Source: Phycisphaerae bacterium
GTDB taxonomy: Bacteria; Planctomycetota; Phycisphaerae; SM23-33
Reading direction: 5' to 3'
NCBI GenBank assembly: GCA_016782885.1
Contig: JADHXQ010000003.1
Span: forward strand, 18,316 to 82,315
DNA length: 64,000 bases
Shown here: positions 27,186 through 36,808 of the stretch, in pieces
How the letters are laid out: each line of letters opens with the position of its first letter
How positions within the stretch are numbered: the stretch's first letter is position 1
Translations under genes and position numbers: made by a program
The notes under the pieces: model-generated
Told to the model about the DNA's origin: nothing
The model's database searches: none
Seen by the model: the letters and a program-made list of their open reading frames with translations, nothing else

Positions 27186-29051
27186 CTACTCCCCGCCGCT
27201 CAAGTACGCCTCGATGGCCTGGATGAAATCGCCACCGTATTGCAGCAGTTTCTGGTCGCCCACACCGGTGATGTTTCGCATTTCGACCGGCGTGGTCGGC
27301 GTGTAGTGGGCCATCTCACGCAGCGTGCGGTCCGAGAAAATGATGAACGGGGCGAGATTTCGCTCCTGTGCGAGGCCCCGCCTTACCGTCCGCAACTGCT
27401 CGAAAAGCTCGCGGTCGAAATCGGTAATCTGCTGTTTGATCTGCTTGGCCTGTTTGCGGCGGGTCCGCGCGGGTTTGGGCACTTCGCGCTGGCGGAGAAC
27501 CTGGAACTCCCTCCGCCCGAACAGCACTTCTCGCCCCGCGGCGGTCAGGTGGAGCACGGGATACTCCCCGTCGGTTCGCACCACGCATCCCTGCGCCGTC
27601 AGATCGTCTATGATCCCCCGCCAGTACTGCTTGTCGCGGTCGGACCCGGCGCCATACGTTTTGAGCTGGTCGTGTTTCAGGTCGCGGATCTTCTGCGTGT
27701 TGGCGCCCATAACGACATCGGTAACATGGACGGCGCCAAACCGCTGTCCGGTCCGCATGATCGCCGACATGACGATCTGTGCCTCTCTGGTCGCATCAAT
27801 GCGGTCGACCGTGCCCGAGCAAACGTCGCATCCGGTGCAACCGCCGGCATCGAGCGTCTGGCCGAAATAACCGAGTATCTGGCTGCGGCGGCAGACGTTG
27901 ACCGTGGCGAAGTTCACCATCTCGTTGAGCTTGCCCGATGCGGTGGCACGCTGGGCGTCATCTTCCATCTGGTTGATGAAGTAGCGTATCTTTGGGATGT
28001 CGCCCCGCGAGTAGTACAGCACGCAGTGTGCCGGTTCTCCGTCGCGCCCGGACCGCCCGGTCTCCTGGTAATAACCTTCCATGTTCTTGGGCAGGTCGGC
28101 GTGGATCACAAACCGCACGTTGGACTTGTCAATCCCCATACCGAACGCCACCGTCGCGACAATCACCGTCACGTCGTCGCGATTGAAAGCCTCCTGGTTG
28201 GCCTTGCGGACTTCGTCTTCAAGCCCCGCGTGGTAAGGACGGGCGTTCACGCCGTTGCGCACCAACTCGCGGGCTGTCTCCTCGACCGATTTGCGGGTGG
28301 TTCGGTAGATGATCCCCGCCTCGTCCTTCCGGTCGGACAGGAAGGTGAGTATCTGGTCGTCCACGTCGCCTTTGGGCACTACCTGGTACGAGAGATTGGG
28401 ACGGTTAAACGACGCCCGCGTAACGTGCGGATCGCGCAGGGTGAGCCTGTCGATAATATCGTCCTGAACGCGCGGGGTGGCGGTGGCGGTGAATGCGGCC
28501 ACCGGAGAATCGCCGAATTCAGACACGATCCGCGAAAGCGAGAGGTAGTCCGGTCTGAAATCGTGCCCCCACTCGCTTATGCAGTGTGCCTCGTCGACGG
28601 CGAAGAGGCTGATTGGCACGGTTTTCAGGACGTCGAGAAAGCCCGGCGCAGCGAACCGCTCGGGCGCCACGTACAGCAGATCGAGTTTCCCGGCCGACAA
28701 CTCTCGCGAGACGCGCGTCCGCTCGGCGGAGTCCAAGGAACTGTTGAGGAACTCGGCGGCCAGACCGTTGACCTTCGCCGCATCGACCTGGTCCTTCATC
28801 AGCGAGATCAGCGGACTTATCACCACGCACGTGCCGTCGAGCAGGTACGCGGGCAACTGGTAGCACAACGACTTGCCCCCGCCAGTCGGCATGACGGCGA
28901 AGACGTCCCGCCCGGAGACGATCGCCCGAACGATATCCTCCTGGTTATCCCGAAAACCGTGAAACCCAAAGACGTTACTCAAAGCTTTGGTAAAATCGTT
29001 TTCGCCGTTCTCTGTTTGCGATGAATCAGTCATAACGCTCCAGCACAACAC
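27186..29051 (-). CDS. recQ: ATP-dependent DNA helicase RecQ
   Basis: FGFHGFRDNQEDIV...VMPTGGGKSLCYQLPA (Walker A), DEAHCISEWGHDFRPDY (DEAH box), zinc-binding C-x-C region and a C-terminal HRDC-like region. Confidence 0.9.
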   Translation of the reverse strand: MLCWSVMTDSSQTENGENDFTKALSNVFGFHGFRDNQEDIVRAIVSGRDVFAVMPTGGGKSLCYQLPAYLLDGTCVVISPLISLMKDQVDAAKVNGLAAEFLNSSLDSAERTRVSRELSAGKLDLLYVAPERFAAPGFLDVLKTVPISLFAVDEAHCISEWGHDFRPDYLSLSRIVSEFGDSPVAAFTATATPRVQDDIIDRLTLRDPHVTRASFNRPNLSYQVVPKGDVDDQILTFLSDRKDEAGIIYRTTRKSVEETARELVRNGVNARPYHAGLEDEVRKANQEAFNRDDVTVIVATVAFGMGIDKSNVRFVIHADLPKNMEGYYQETGRSGRDGEPAHCVLYYSRGDIPKIRYFINQMEDDAQRATASGKLNEMVNFATVNVCRRSQILGYFGQTLDAGGCTGCDVCSGTVDRIDATREAQIVMSAIMRTGQRFGAVHVTDVVMGANTQKIRDLKHDQLKTYGAGSDRDKQYWRGIIDDLTAQGCVVRTDGEYPVLHLTAAGREVLFGRREFQVLRQREVPKPARTRRKQAKQIKQQITDFDRELFEQLRTVRRGLAQERNLAPFIIFSDRTLREMAHYTPTTPVEMRNITGVGDQKLLQYGGDFIQAIEAYLSGGE

Positions 29052-29222
29052 CCTAACGCCATACGAACATTGGATATTTTACACACTCGGCGCCCCGCCG
29101 CAAGCACAAATCCGGAACAACTCGGCGTGATTTTTTTTCGATGCTGCCGAGTTGGCGGTTGTTCTGTAGAATGGGAGAATGAAGAATGAGGGCTGAGACA
29201 AGACCACAGCAGGAGACCCATC

Positions 29223-30416
29223 ATGAAGACAACTCATCTGAAATCTGCGACCGGGGCGGGCGTGATCACCGCATGGATGTTTCTGGCGGCGGTGACGGTT
29301 GATATATCAACTGGCGACAAGAAGCCCCCCGCCATGCCGCGCGGGTACACGATTCCGACGATAGACCTCTCCGCCCAGACCCATCGCCAGGTGATCGTCG
29401 ACCGCGAGGAGGGTCAATATCTGGGCCATCCGACGACCGTGCTGCTCGAGGATAACAAGACGATGATCTGTGTCTACCCCAAGGGCCACGGGCGCGGCGC
29501 GATCGTCATGAAACGCAGCACGGATGCGGGCAAGACCTGGTCTGAGCGCCTCAAGACGCCCAAGACCTGGGCGACCAGCAAAGAAGTGCCCACCCTCCAC
29601 CGCGTGATCGACGCCAAGGGCGTAAAGCGACTGATCATGTTCTCGGGGCTCTATCCCTGCCGGATGGCGGTCTCGGAAGATGACGGAAAGACGTGGAGCG
29701 AGCTGAAACCGCTTGGCGACTGGGGCGGTATCGTCTGCATGGGCGACGTGATGGCGCTCAAGAAGCCCGGATGCTACATGGCGATGTTCCACGACGACGG
29801 GCGATTCTTCACGAAGCCACCAAAGCGTTACAAACCGCGGAGAATGACCGTCTACACAACATTCTCGACCGATGGCGGGCTCACGTGGAGTTTTCCAACA
29901 GAGATCTTCCATCGATCGGATGTCGGTCTGTGCGAGCCGGGCATGATCCGCAGCCCTGACGGCAAGCAGATCGCCGCGCTGTTTCGCGAGAACTACCGCG
30001 TGCGAAACTGTCACGTTATCTTCTCGGACGACGAGGGCAAAACGTGGACGGCTCCGCGCGAACTGCCCGCGTCGTTCACCGGCGACCGCCACAAGCTTCG
30101 CTACGCGCCGGACGGGCGCCTGATCGCGACGTTCCGCGACAAGACGCTACAATCGCCGACGCCGGGAGATTGGGTAATGTGGGTCGGACGCTACGAGGAC
30201 ATCGTCAAAGGCCTCCCAGGCCAATACCGCGTGCGCCTGATGGACAACAAACGCGGTTCGGACTGCGCCTACCCGGGCCTGGAACTCCTGAGCGACGGTA
30301 CGTTTGTGGCGACCACGTACGGGCACTGGACCGCGGGGCAGAAACCGTACATCGTTTCGGTGCGATTCAAACTTGCCGAAATTGACGCCTTGGCACGCAA
30401 GCAGGCACCCAACTGA
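29223..30416 (+). CDS. BNR/Asp-box repeat protein (sialidase / GH33-like)
   Basis: Four Asp-box motifs S-x-D-x-G-x-T-W (STDAGKTWS, SEDDGKTWS, STDGGLTWS, SDDEGKTWT). N-terminal signal/TM segment. Confidence 0.7.
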   Translation: MKTTHLKSATGAGVITAWMFLAAVTVDISTGDKKPPAMPRGYTIPTIDLSAQTHRQVIVDREEGQYLGHPTTVLLEDNKTMICVYPKGHGRGAIVMKRSTDAGKTWSERLKTPKTWATSKEVPTLHRVIDAKGVKRLIMFSGLYPCRMAVSEDDGKTWSELKPLGDWGGIVCMGDVMALKKPGCYMAMFHDDGRFFTKPPKRYKPRRMTVYTTFSTDGGLTWSFPTEIFHRSDVGLCEPGMIRSPDGKQIAALFRENYRVRNCHVIFSDDEGKTWTAPRELPASFTGDRHKLRYAPDGRLIATFRDKTLQSPTPGDWVMWVGRYEDIVKGLPGQYRVRLMDNKRGSDCAYPGLELLSDGTFVATTYGHWTAGQKPYIVSVRFKLAEIDALARKQAPN

Positions 30417-30421
30417 AGCGA

Positions 30422-31051
30422 TCAGTGAGGATGTTCTTCCTTGATGTGGGCGAGTTGGTTCTTGATCGCGGCGATCTGCTCGGCCCGCGTCTCGCGCGAG
30501 GCCAGCGGATCGAACTTGAAGTATATCGCGGTGGCAGTCCCGATTGCCTCGTAGGCGTTACGACGGGTATCGGCGTCGGTATCACCCAGTGCTTCCACGA
30601 GCGAATTAATGGCTGCGGGGTTATGCAGGCGTTTGAGCCCTATTCCCGCCCCGGCCCGCGCCTTTGGGTCTTCGTCCTTCAGGAGGATATCGGTCAGCAG
30701 GCGATAATCTGCTTTCTCGAAATTGCCCAGTTCCGCGGCGGCCCTGCCGCGAAGCACACCGCTTTTGTTCCTGGCGACAATTTGCTCCAGTTTCCACCGA
30801 CTAACTTCGTCGGTCCTGCTTCCAATCGCACGTATCGCCGCTATGGCGACTCGCGGTTCGACATCGCCGACAAGTTTGGCGAGGGTTTCGAGAGACTCAC
30901 TGTCACTTCTACCGACCAACTCGCCTACAGCCCTCAGGCGTTCATGCATCTCGGGGGATTTCGGATCGGCATGAGCCGGCCACCACAGCACAACTAACCC
31001 GGCGACCAGGGCAAAAAAGGTAAGCAGTCCCACTCTAATTATTGGGGTCAT
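30422..31051 (-). CDS. HEAT (PBS-lyase-type) repeat protein with an N-terminal TM anchor
   Basis: Repeated alpha-helical HEAT-like units (VRWKLEQIVARNKSGVLRGRAAAELG..., PKARAGAGIGLKRL..., TDADTRRNAYEAIG). Confidence 0.55.
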   Translation of the reverse strand: MTPIIRVGLLTFFALVAGLVVLWWPAHADPKSPEMHERLRAVGELVGRSDSESLETLAKLVGDVEPRVAIAAIRAIGSRTDEVSRWKLEQIVARNKSGVLRGRAAAELGNFEKADYRLLTDILLKDEDPKARAGAGIGLKRLHNPAAINSLVEALGDTDADTRRNAYEAIGTATAIYFKFDPLASRETRAEQIAAIKNQLAHIKEEHPH

Positions 31052-31071
31052 AGTGGTTGCACCTGTCTCCC

Positions 31072-32100
31072 CTAGGGAGCCCAGAGTCCCGCGGGTACGT
31101 TAACTGTGTACTCGTCGTATTCATACTGCAACTGCTCGCGAGTCATCGACCTGACGCTTCCGTCGACCGTCACGAAATTGGCATGGTCGAAGTGGCGGGT
31201 CCGCAGGAATCCATTTTTGTCCTCGTTGCTGCTACCGAATTCGTCAGTGCGGTATCCCTGCCTGTTCACTTTGGCAACATCTTTGGTATACTCCACGAGC
31301 ATCAACTGCCCGGGGCGGGGAGCAGCGTTGGCGACCGCGTCGCTCATAGCATAAGAAGCTTTCTGGAACCCCACTGTATAGTCATCCCACTTCCTGGTGT
31401 ACCTCGGGCCCGACTGAAAACGCATGACAAAAATATTGGGATCGGGAGCAGGAGTGGCTTCTGCCGATGCACTGGCTCCTTCCAGCCCCGCTTCGACCCG
31501 GTTGCGCCAATCCGCAGACCCGTCGTCAAGGCACAACCAGTGTACGCTGGCGCAACCGTGTGTGGCATCGATGATCATCGACTCAAACGTGGCGACACCA
31601 CCACCGTACGTCACCCGCATCATGGCACATTCACTACCGACCTGGATAAGCGCCTGGCCCTCCTCAGCCGTTATTCCATGGGCGCTGCTGCTGCATCTGA
31701 CCTGTACGTCCTCGAATGAACTGCCCGTTTCCAGAATCTCCTTTATGTTCGAGAAGCGCACGTCGCTACCCTGCTTCTGCACCAGGTAGAGGTCTTCAAG
31801 GTCGGGCAAATTTTCGGGTTCGGCCTCAGAATCAGCATCGGGGTCCGACGGACAGGTCAGGACGCCACCCAAACCGCGATTCATCAGGAACCAACGCCAC
31901 CCCGACGGATAGGGACGCTGACCGGGAGCCGAGTTAATCCCCTGGGCCATCTCCTTGAGATTATTCCTGCAGGCGGTCGCCCGGGTGTGTTCCCGAAAGT
32001 TCTCGAACGTCGGAATCAGCAGCATCACTAACAGCACAAGAACTGCAAGAACAACAAGAAGTTCTACAAGAGTAAAACCGTATCTTCCGAGATTGTTCAT
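31072..32100 (-). CDS. DUF1559 protein with a prepilin-type N-terminal cleavage/methylation motif
   Basis: N-terminus GFTLVELLVVLAVLVLLV. C-terminal H-x9-DG-like motif RHFDHANFVTVDGSVRS. The start is placed at the ATG at 32100 (MNNLGRYGFTL...). Confidence 0.75.
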   Translation of the reverse strand: MNNLGRYGFTLVELLVVLAVLVLLVMLLIPTFENFREHTRATACRNNLKEMAQGINSAPGQRPYPSGWRWFLMNRGLGGVLTCPSDPDADSEAEPENLPDLEDLYLVQKQGSDVRFSNIKEILETGSSFEDVQVRCSSSAHGITAEEGQALIQVGSECAMMRVTYGGGVATFESMIIDATHGCASVHWLCLDDGSADWRNRVEAGLEGASASAEATPAPDPNIFVMRFQSGPRYTRKWDDYTVGFQKASYAMSDAVANAAPRPGQLMLVEYTKDVAKVNRQGYRTDEFGSSNEDKNGFLRTRHFDHANFVTVDGSVRSMTREQLQYEYDEYTVNVPAGLWAP

Positions 32101-32184
32101 GTCTTGCACCAAAACCCTGCCGCACACAACAATGCAACTACCCAACTCTCATAATGATATCAAACTCGACGGAGAACACAATAT

Positions 32185-33642
32185 TCACTTGTTGCGTTTG
32201 GTTCTGGACGGCCTGTGCGAACCGGGATGCCGGCCCCACTGGGCTGCTTTGTCCGAATCGTAGTTGGGATTCTTCTTCGGTAGGCGGGCGTTTACGGATT
32301 TCCGCCATGCGCTGAGTTTCTGCTGGAGTTCCTTGACCTTGCCGGGCATCCTGGCGGACAGATCGTTGGACTCGCCTATATCGTCTTTGAGATTGTACAA
32401 CTCGAAGCGGCTTGGCCCGGTGTCGAAAAACTCGATCAGCTTCCAGTGCCCCTGTCGAATCGCGCCGGCCGGCGTCGAATGATGGTACACCGGATAATGC
32501 CAGTAAACCGCGTCGCGCGTGAGCTTACCGCCGCGGTCCAGGAGCGGTGCGATGCTCTCGCCGTCCAGCACGTGATCGACCGGTCGCCTGGCGCCGGCGA
32601 TGTCCAGGAACGTCGGATAGAAGTCAACGCTGGTGACCGGCTCGCCGCAGGTGGCGCCCGCTTTTACTTTTCCAGGCCAGCGGACGATCAGCGGTTCGCG
32701 GATGCCCCCCTCGTAGAGCGTGCCCTTTTCGTCGCGGAGCGGTGCGTTGGTCGTGACGATCGGACCGATCTTCCTGAAATGCCGCCTCAGTCCGCCATTG
32801 TCGGAGAAGAATACCACCACGGTATTGTCGGCGAGTTTGAGTTCGTCGAGTTTGTCGAGGATGCCCCCCACGCTGTCGTCAACGTGTTCGATCATGGCCG
32901 CGTAGGTCGGGTTGTTGACGCCTCTGGGCGGTTTGGTTTTTTTCTCGTACTTGGCGATGAGTTTTTTGCGGGCCTGAAGCGGAATATGCACAGCGTAATG
33001 CATCACATACAGGAAGAACGGGCGGTCCCTGTTGGCTTCGATGAACTTGACGCCGCGAGCGGTAATCGCTTCGGCGAGGTAGTCATCTTTGGTCAACTTG
33101 ATATTCGGCGTGGTGGAGTTGCCGAAGTGCCTTCCCCCGCCGGCGACGACCATAGTATCGAAGCCCTGCGCGTCGGGCAGGCGCCCCTTACCGCCGAGAT
33201 GCCACTTGCCAAACGCGCCGCACGCATATCCGGCGGACTTCAGTGTTTCGGCCAGCGTTACCGATTTCAGTGGCAGGTACTGCTGGCGGTTGATCGGGAC
33301 GGTGAGTTTCTCGAACGGGCGCCAGTGTCCCGGGATGAAGTCGATTATCCCCACACGGGCGGGATACTGTCCCGATACGATGCTCGCTCGCGTCGGTGAG
33401 CATACCGGGCAGGCGGCGTAAGCGTCGGTGAACCGCATACCCTGGGCGGCAAGGCGGTCGATGTTGGGAGTCTCGTTGAACTTGTTCCCGTAGCACCCGA
33501 CGTCAGACCAGCCAAGATCGTCGATCAGGAAGAACACGAAGTTAGGCTTGCGCGCGGCGGTCTTGGCCTTTGCGCCAGATTCGATCGCCAGCGCAAGAGC
33601 GCCGGCGCCAATCGCCTTGAGAAACTCTCGCCTGTTTTTCAT
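32185..33642 (-). CDS. sulfatase (formylglycine-dependent arylsulfatase family), Tat signal
   Basis: CSPTRASIVSG is the C-x-P-x-R formylglycine motif. Metal-binding FFLIDDLGWSD follows a twin-arginine leader MKNRREFLKAIGAGALA. The start is placed at the internal ATG at 33642. Confidence 0.85.
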   Translation of the reverse strand: MKNRREFLKAIGAGALALAIESGAKAKTAARKPNFVFFLIDDLGWSDVGCYGNKFNETPNIDRLAAQGMRFTDAYAACPVCSPTRASIVSGQYPARVGIIDFIPGHWRPFEKLTVPINRQQYLPLKSVTLAETLKSAGYACGAFGKWHLGGKGRLPDAQGFDTMVVAGGGRHFGNSTTPNIKLTKDDYLAEAITARGVKFIEANRDRPFFLYVMHYAVHIPLQARKKLIAKYEKKTKPPRGVNNPTYAAMIEHVDDSVGGILDKLDELKLADNTVVVFFSDNGGLRRHFRKIGPIVTTNAPLRDEKGTLYEGGIREPLIVRWPGKVKAGATCGEPVTSVDFYPTFLDIAGARRPVDHVLDGESIAPLLDRGGKLTRDAVYWHYPVYHHSTPAGAIRQGHWKLIEFFDTGPSRFELYNLKDDIGESNDLSARMPGKVKELQQKLSAWRKSVNARLPKKNPNYDSDKAAQWGRHPGSHRPSRTKRNK

Positions 33643-33650
33643 AGCGTCAA

Positions 33651-36572
33651 TTACTCGACCGAAGGCATCACCAGCCCGCCTCGGGCCTGTTTTTCGGTCT
33701 CCAGGTATGCGCCGTAGAAGTTCGTGTTGCAGTCGATCCACAGCGTGATGCGGTAAAGCTCTTCGGGGGTGAGTTTCAGGTCGTGGTGCCCTTTGGGGCC
33801 GGTCAGGTGCGCCAGCAGCCTGGAGGCCTTGGCGCCGATCTTGCCCGGAACCGAACGAGAGTTACCGTTCTTGAAGAGCGCTCCGTTTCCGCCCGACTTG
33901 CCCCATCCGTATTTGTGGAGCGTCTCGAACGCCTTGGACCAACCGCCTCGCCCGAACTGCTTGCCGGAAAGGTTGGGAGCCTTTTTCTTCGCATTCTTCA
34001 CGTGGCATGGGAGGCACTTCTTGTCGATCACGGGCTGGACAAGGCGAGGGAACGTCAGCGGGAACGAACCTTCGACGTCAGGCTTGATCTTCGACGGAGG
34101 CCGCTTCAACGCCTGAGCCACCGTCATCTTTCTCTTCGCGCCGGACATGCGCAGCTTGGGCTCGTGGCAGCCCTGGCAGGCGAGCTGTTCGCTTTCGTGA
34201 ACGTAGGTGTTTGACTTCATCGACTGGATGGCCTGTCCCTGGGCATCGAGGGCCTGGAAGTAGATCGGAACACCGACCGGGGCTTCGAAGTATACGCTTC
34301 CGTCGGACTCGACGGGCACGGTCCCCAGCACACCGCGAGCCAGCGACTGTGCGGCAAGTCCGATCGCCGGTTGATTGGCGTTGTGGGTGGCCTTGGGGAA
34401 CAGTTGCACAATACGCATGGAAGTCACTTTCGCCCCTTCAGGCCACTTGAAATCGCTGTCGTAAATGTTCATCACCGAAATAGTGGCCGGACGCTTGGGC
34501 ATCAGGGCCTTGTCCTCGACCGCCTGGGTAGTCATTGACGGAATGATCCTCGGTTTGGTTCGCGGACGAAGCGGGATCGGGTCGAGGCACGGTACGCTCG
34601 GATCGCGATAGAGTATCTCCCTGTTACCGAAGCTGTCCATCAGGCACAGCGCGTAATGCCTCTGTCCCGGATCGTAGACGCACAGGTAGTAGTCTTCGCT
34701 GAGAGGCCAGGGCTGGCCGTAAACTTCACCGCCGTTGTTCCTGCCTCTGCCCAGGGCAATACCGGGGATCTTCTCGGATTCAGTGAGTTGCACGTCGGGC
34801 GTGATTCGTTTGAGCTGGCTCATGGCGTTGTCGTCCGGGATCTGGTGGTCGATGAGCACCATCGATCCGTAGTTCTGCCCGTGGTGCGGCGCCGAGACGC
34901 CGATGTAACGGTGCGATCCGGGGATGGCGCGGTTCGCCAACTCCATCCACGGGCGCATTTCGCGCCTGATGGGATAGTTTCCGTGGTAGCTTCTGGCGTC
35001 GCGCCCGTCAGGATACGTCACCCATATATGGTGGGCGATGTCGCTGTCGCGGTCCACATAGTCCCATCGCGAATAGACGATCATCCCGTTGTTGTCGACG
35101 CTGGGATGCCACTCGTTGGTCTCGTGATAGCTGATGGGGATAATGTCGCTCCCGTCGTCCCTCATCGTGTGGAGCGTGTAGGTCGGCACGGGGCGCCCGT
35201 GACATCGCCCGAACCCGCCGCGGCGTTCGGAAATAAACACTATCCTCCCGCTCGGCAGGAAGCACGGGTCGAAATCGTTGGTCTTCCCGTCGGTCAGTTG
35301 CGTCAGGTTGACCGGCTTGCCGGGTGCTATGTTGGCTTTGAATATGTGATACGTGCTCTGCTCGGACCACTTGTACTTCGTGTTGAGAGCCTCGGTCCAC
35401 GCGAACAGGATGGTCTTTGCGTCGTAGCTCAACTCGAGCGACATGTGCGAACCTTCGGCCAGGGTCTTGCCCTTGAGGCGCCCGTTCCGGATCTTCTCTC
35501 CCTTCAGAAGGTCGCGAGCGACAGGCTTGTCGCTGAAGGCGTTTTCAAGGACGTAGATGCTCCCGCCCTTCCTGGCGTGAAAACCGAAGTACTGGTCGCA
35601 CATGTGCCCGTGCGTCTTGTGGTGCGTGGCGAAAATGATCTTGTCGAAATTGACCAGGGGATTCGAAAACGCGATCTGTCTGCGGACCTTGCAGATCTCG
35701 GCGAACAGTTTCTTGCGTGCGTCCGCGTCGTCAACCGGAACCTGGGCGGCCTGCGTTTTGAATCCCGCCAACTGCGCAGAGTGTTTCGACAGGTCCGGGG
35801 CGTCTTTCATCTTCTTGATATCTTCGAGAAGCGCCGCAGTTCTCCTCAGGACCACGTCTACCGGGTCGCGGTCTTCCATAAACAGGAGAGCAGGCTTGCG
35901 GAACACTTCCGCCGCCAGGCGGTCGTAATGATCTCCGCCGGCTTTGCGAACCCTGAGACGACCGGCGATCAGACCGAATTCATCGTCCAGGGAACCGCCC
36001 GGCGCACGCGAGTGCGATCGGGAGCGGGAAGCGGATTTGCGGGCCTTGGAGAGAGTCGGAAGCTTCGTTTTGCCCGCCTCGATCTTACCGGCGACCACAA
36101 CCGCTCCCCACTTGCCCGCCGAGCCGATAGCAAACTTCTGACCGTTCGTAAAATCACACTGGAAAACCGTCCAGGAGTTGCTTCCATTGGCGTCGCCGCC
36201 GGTCATCTTACCGGCCTCTTTCCACTCACCGGGCGCCTTGAGACTGGCCGGGGTCAGACCGTCGGTCAGGCAGACGTACATTCGCCCGCCGACCTTGACG
36301 GAACCCGAAACGCTCACGGACTCCTTGTGCGGGTGCGAGATGTAATTGAGACCCTGGAGACATTTGGGGACTTTCGTGAAAGCGTAATCGCGATTGGAGT
36401 TGACCAGCGCCCGTTCACCCATCTTTCCGGCGGCCAGTTTCTTGTTGCCCTGCACGGTGATTTCAGCGTGCGAGCAGGCGACTTCGGCCTGCACAAACAG
36501 CAACGGGGCAAGCCCCAGCAGTACGGCCGATATGACGATCAGTTTCCACTGGTTAATCCTGAGATAACTCAT
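33651..36572 (-). CDS. family member 4: N-terminal beta-sandwich (like member 1) plus the beta-propeller/di-CxxCH core
   Basis: The start is placed at the ATG at 36572, which has an AGGAGA ribosome-binding site and a signal peptide MSYLRINQWKLIVISAVLLGLAPLLFVQA. CQGCHEPK and KCLPCHVKNAKKKAPNLSG are present. It ends 8 bp before the sulfatase gene on the same strand. Confidence 0.7.
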   Translation of the reverse strand: MSYLRINQWKLIVISAVLLGLAPLLFVQAEVACSHAEITVQGNKKLAAGKMGERALVNSNRDYAFTKVPKCLQGLNYISHPHKESVSVSGSVKVGGRMYVCLTDGLTPASLKAPGEWKEAGKMTGGDANGSNSWTVFQCDFTNGQKFAIGSAGKWGAVVVAGKIEAGKTKLPTLSKARKSASRSRSHSRAPGGSLDDEFGLIAGRLRVRKAGGDHYDRLAAEVFRKPALLFMEDRDPVDVVLRRTAALLEDIKKMKDAPDLSKHSAQLAGFKTQAAQVPVDDADARKKLFAEICKVRRQIAFSNPLVNFDKIIFATHHKTHGHMCDQYFGFHARKGGSIYVLENAFSDKPVARDLLKGEKIRNGRLKGKTLAEGSHMSLELSYDAKTILFAWTEALNTKYKWSEQSTYHIFKANIAPGKPVNLTQLTDGKTNDFDPCFLPSGRIVFISERRGGFGRCHGRPVPTYTLHTMRDDGSDIIPISYHETNEWHPSVDNNGMIVYSRWDYVDRDSDIAHHIWVTYPDGRDARSYHGNYPIRREMRPWMELANRAIPGSHRYIGVSAPHHGQNYGSMVLIDHQIPDDNAMSQLKRITPDVQLTESEKIPGIALGRGRNNGGEVYGQPWPLSEDYYLCVYDPGQRHYALCLMDSFGNREILYRDPSVPCLDPIPLRPRTKPRIIPSMTTQAVEDKALMPKRPATISVMNIYDSDFKWPEGAKVTSMRIVQLFPKATHNANQPAIGLAAQSLARGVLGTVPVESDGSVYFEAPVGVPIYFQALDAQGQAIQSMKSNTYVHESEQLACQGCHEPKLRMSGAKRKMTVAQALKRPPSKIKPDVEGSFPLTFPRLVQPVIDKKCLPCHVKNAKKKAPNLSGKQFGRGGWSKAFETLHKYGWGKSGGNGALFKNGNSRSVPGKIGAKASRLLAHLTGPKGHHDLKLTPEELYRITLWIDCNTNFYGAYLETEKQARGGLVMPSVE

Positions 36573-36808
36573 GCATGACTCTCCTGGTAGGTTCGGTTCG
36601 CATAATAACAAGCGTATTATACTCCTATCATAACGTTTATTGAAACCTATTCCTTGCCTGTTACTGTAATATCGCCCGTTCTGGGAATACAGAATAGGGA
36701 ATACGGAGTCTTGCGAAACGTTACACTATGCGTATGATGCACGGACTGTCGAAAGACGAATAAACAACCGTAGCCCATTCGGACTGCACTGCACAAGGAG
36801 ACTCACCC

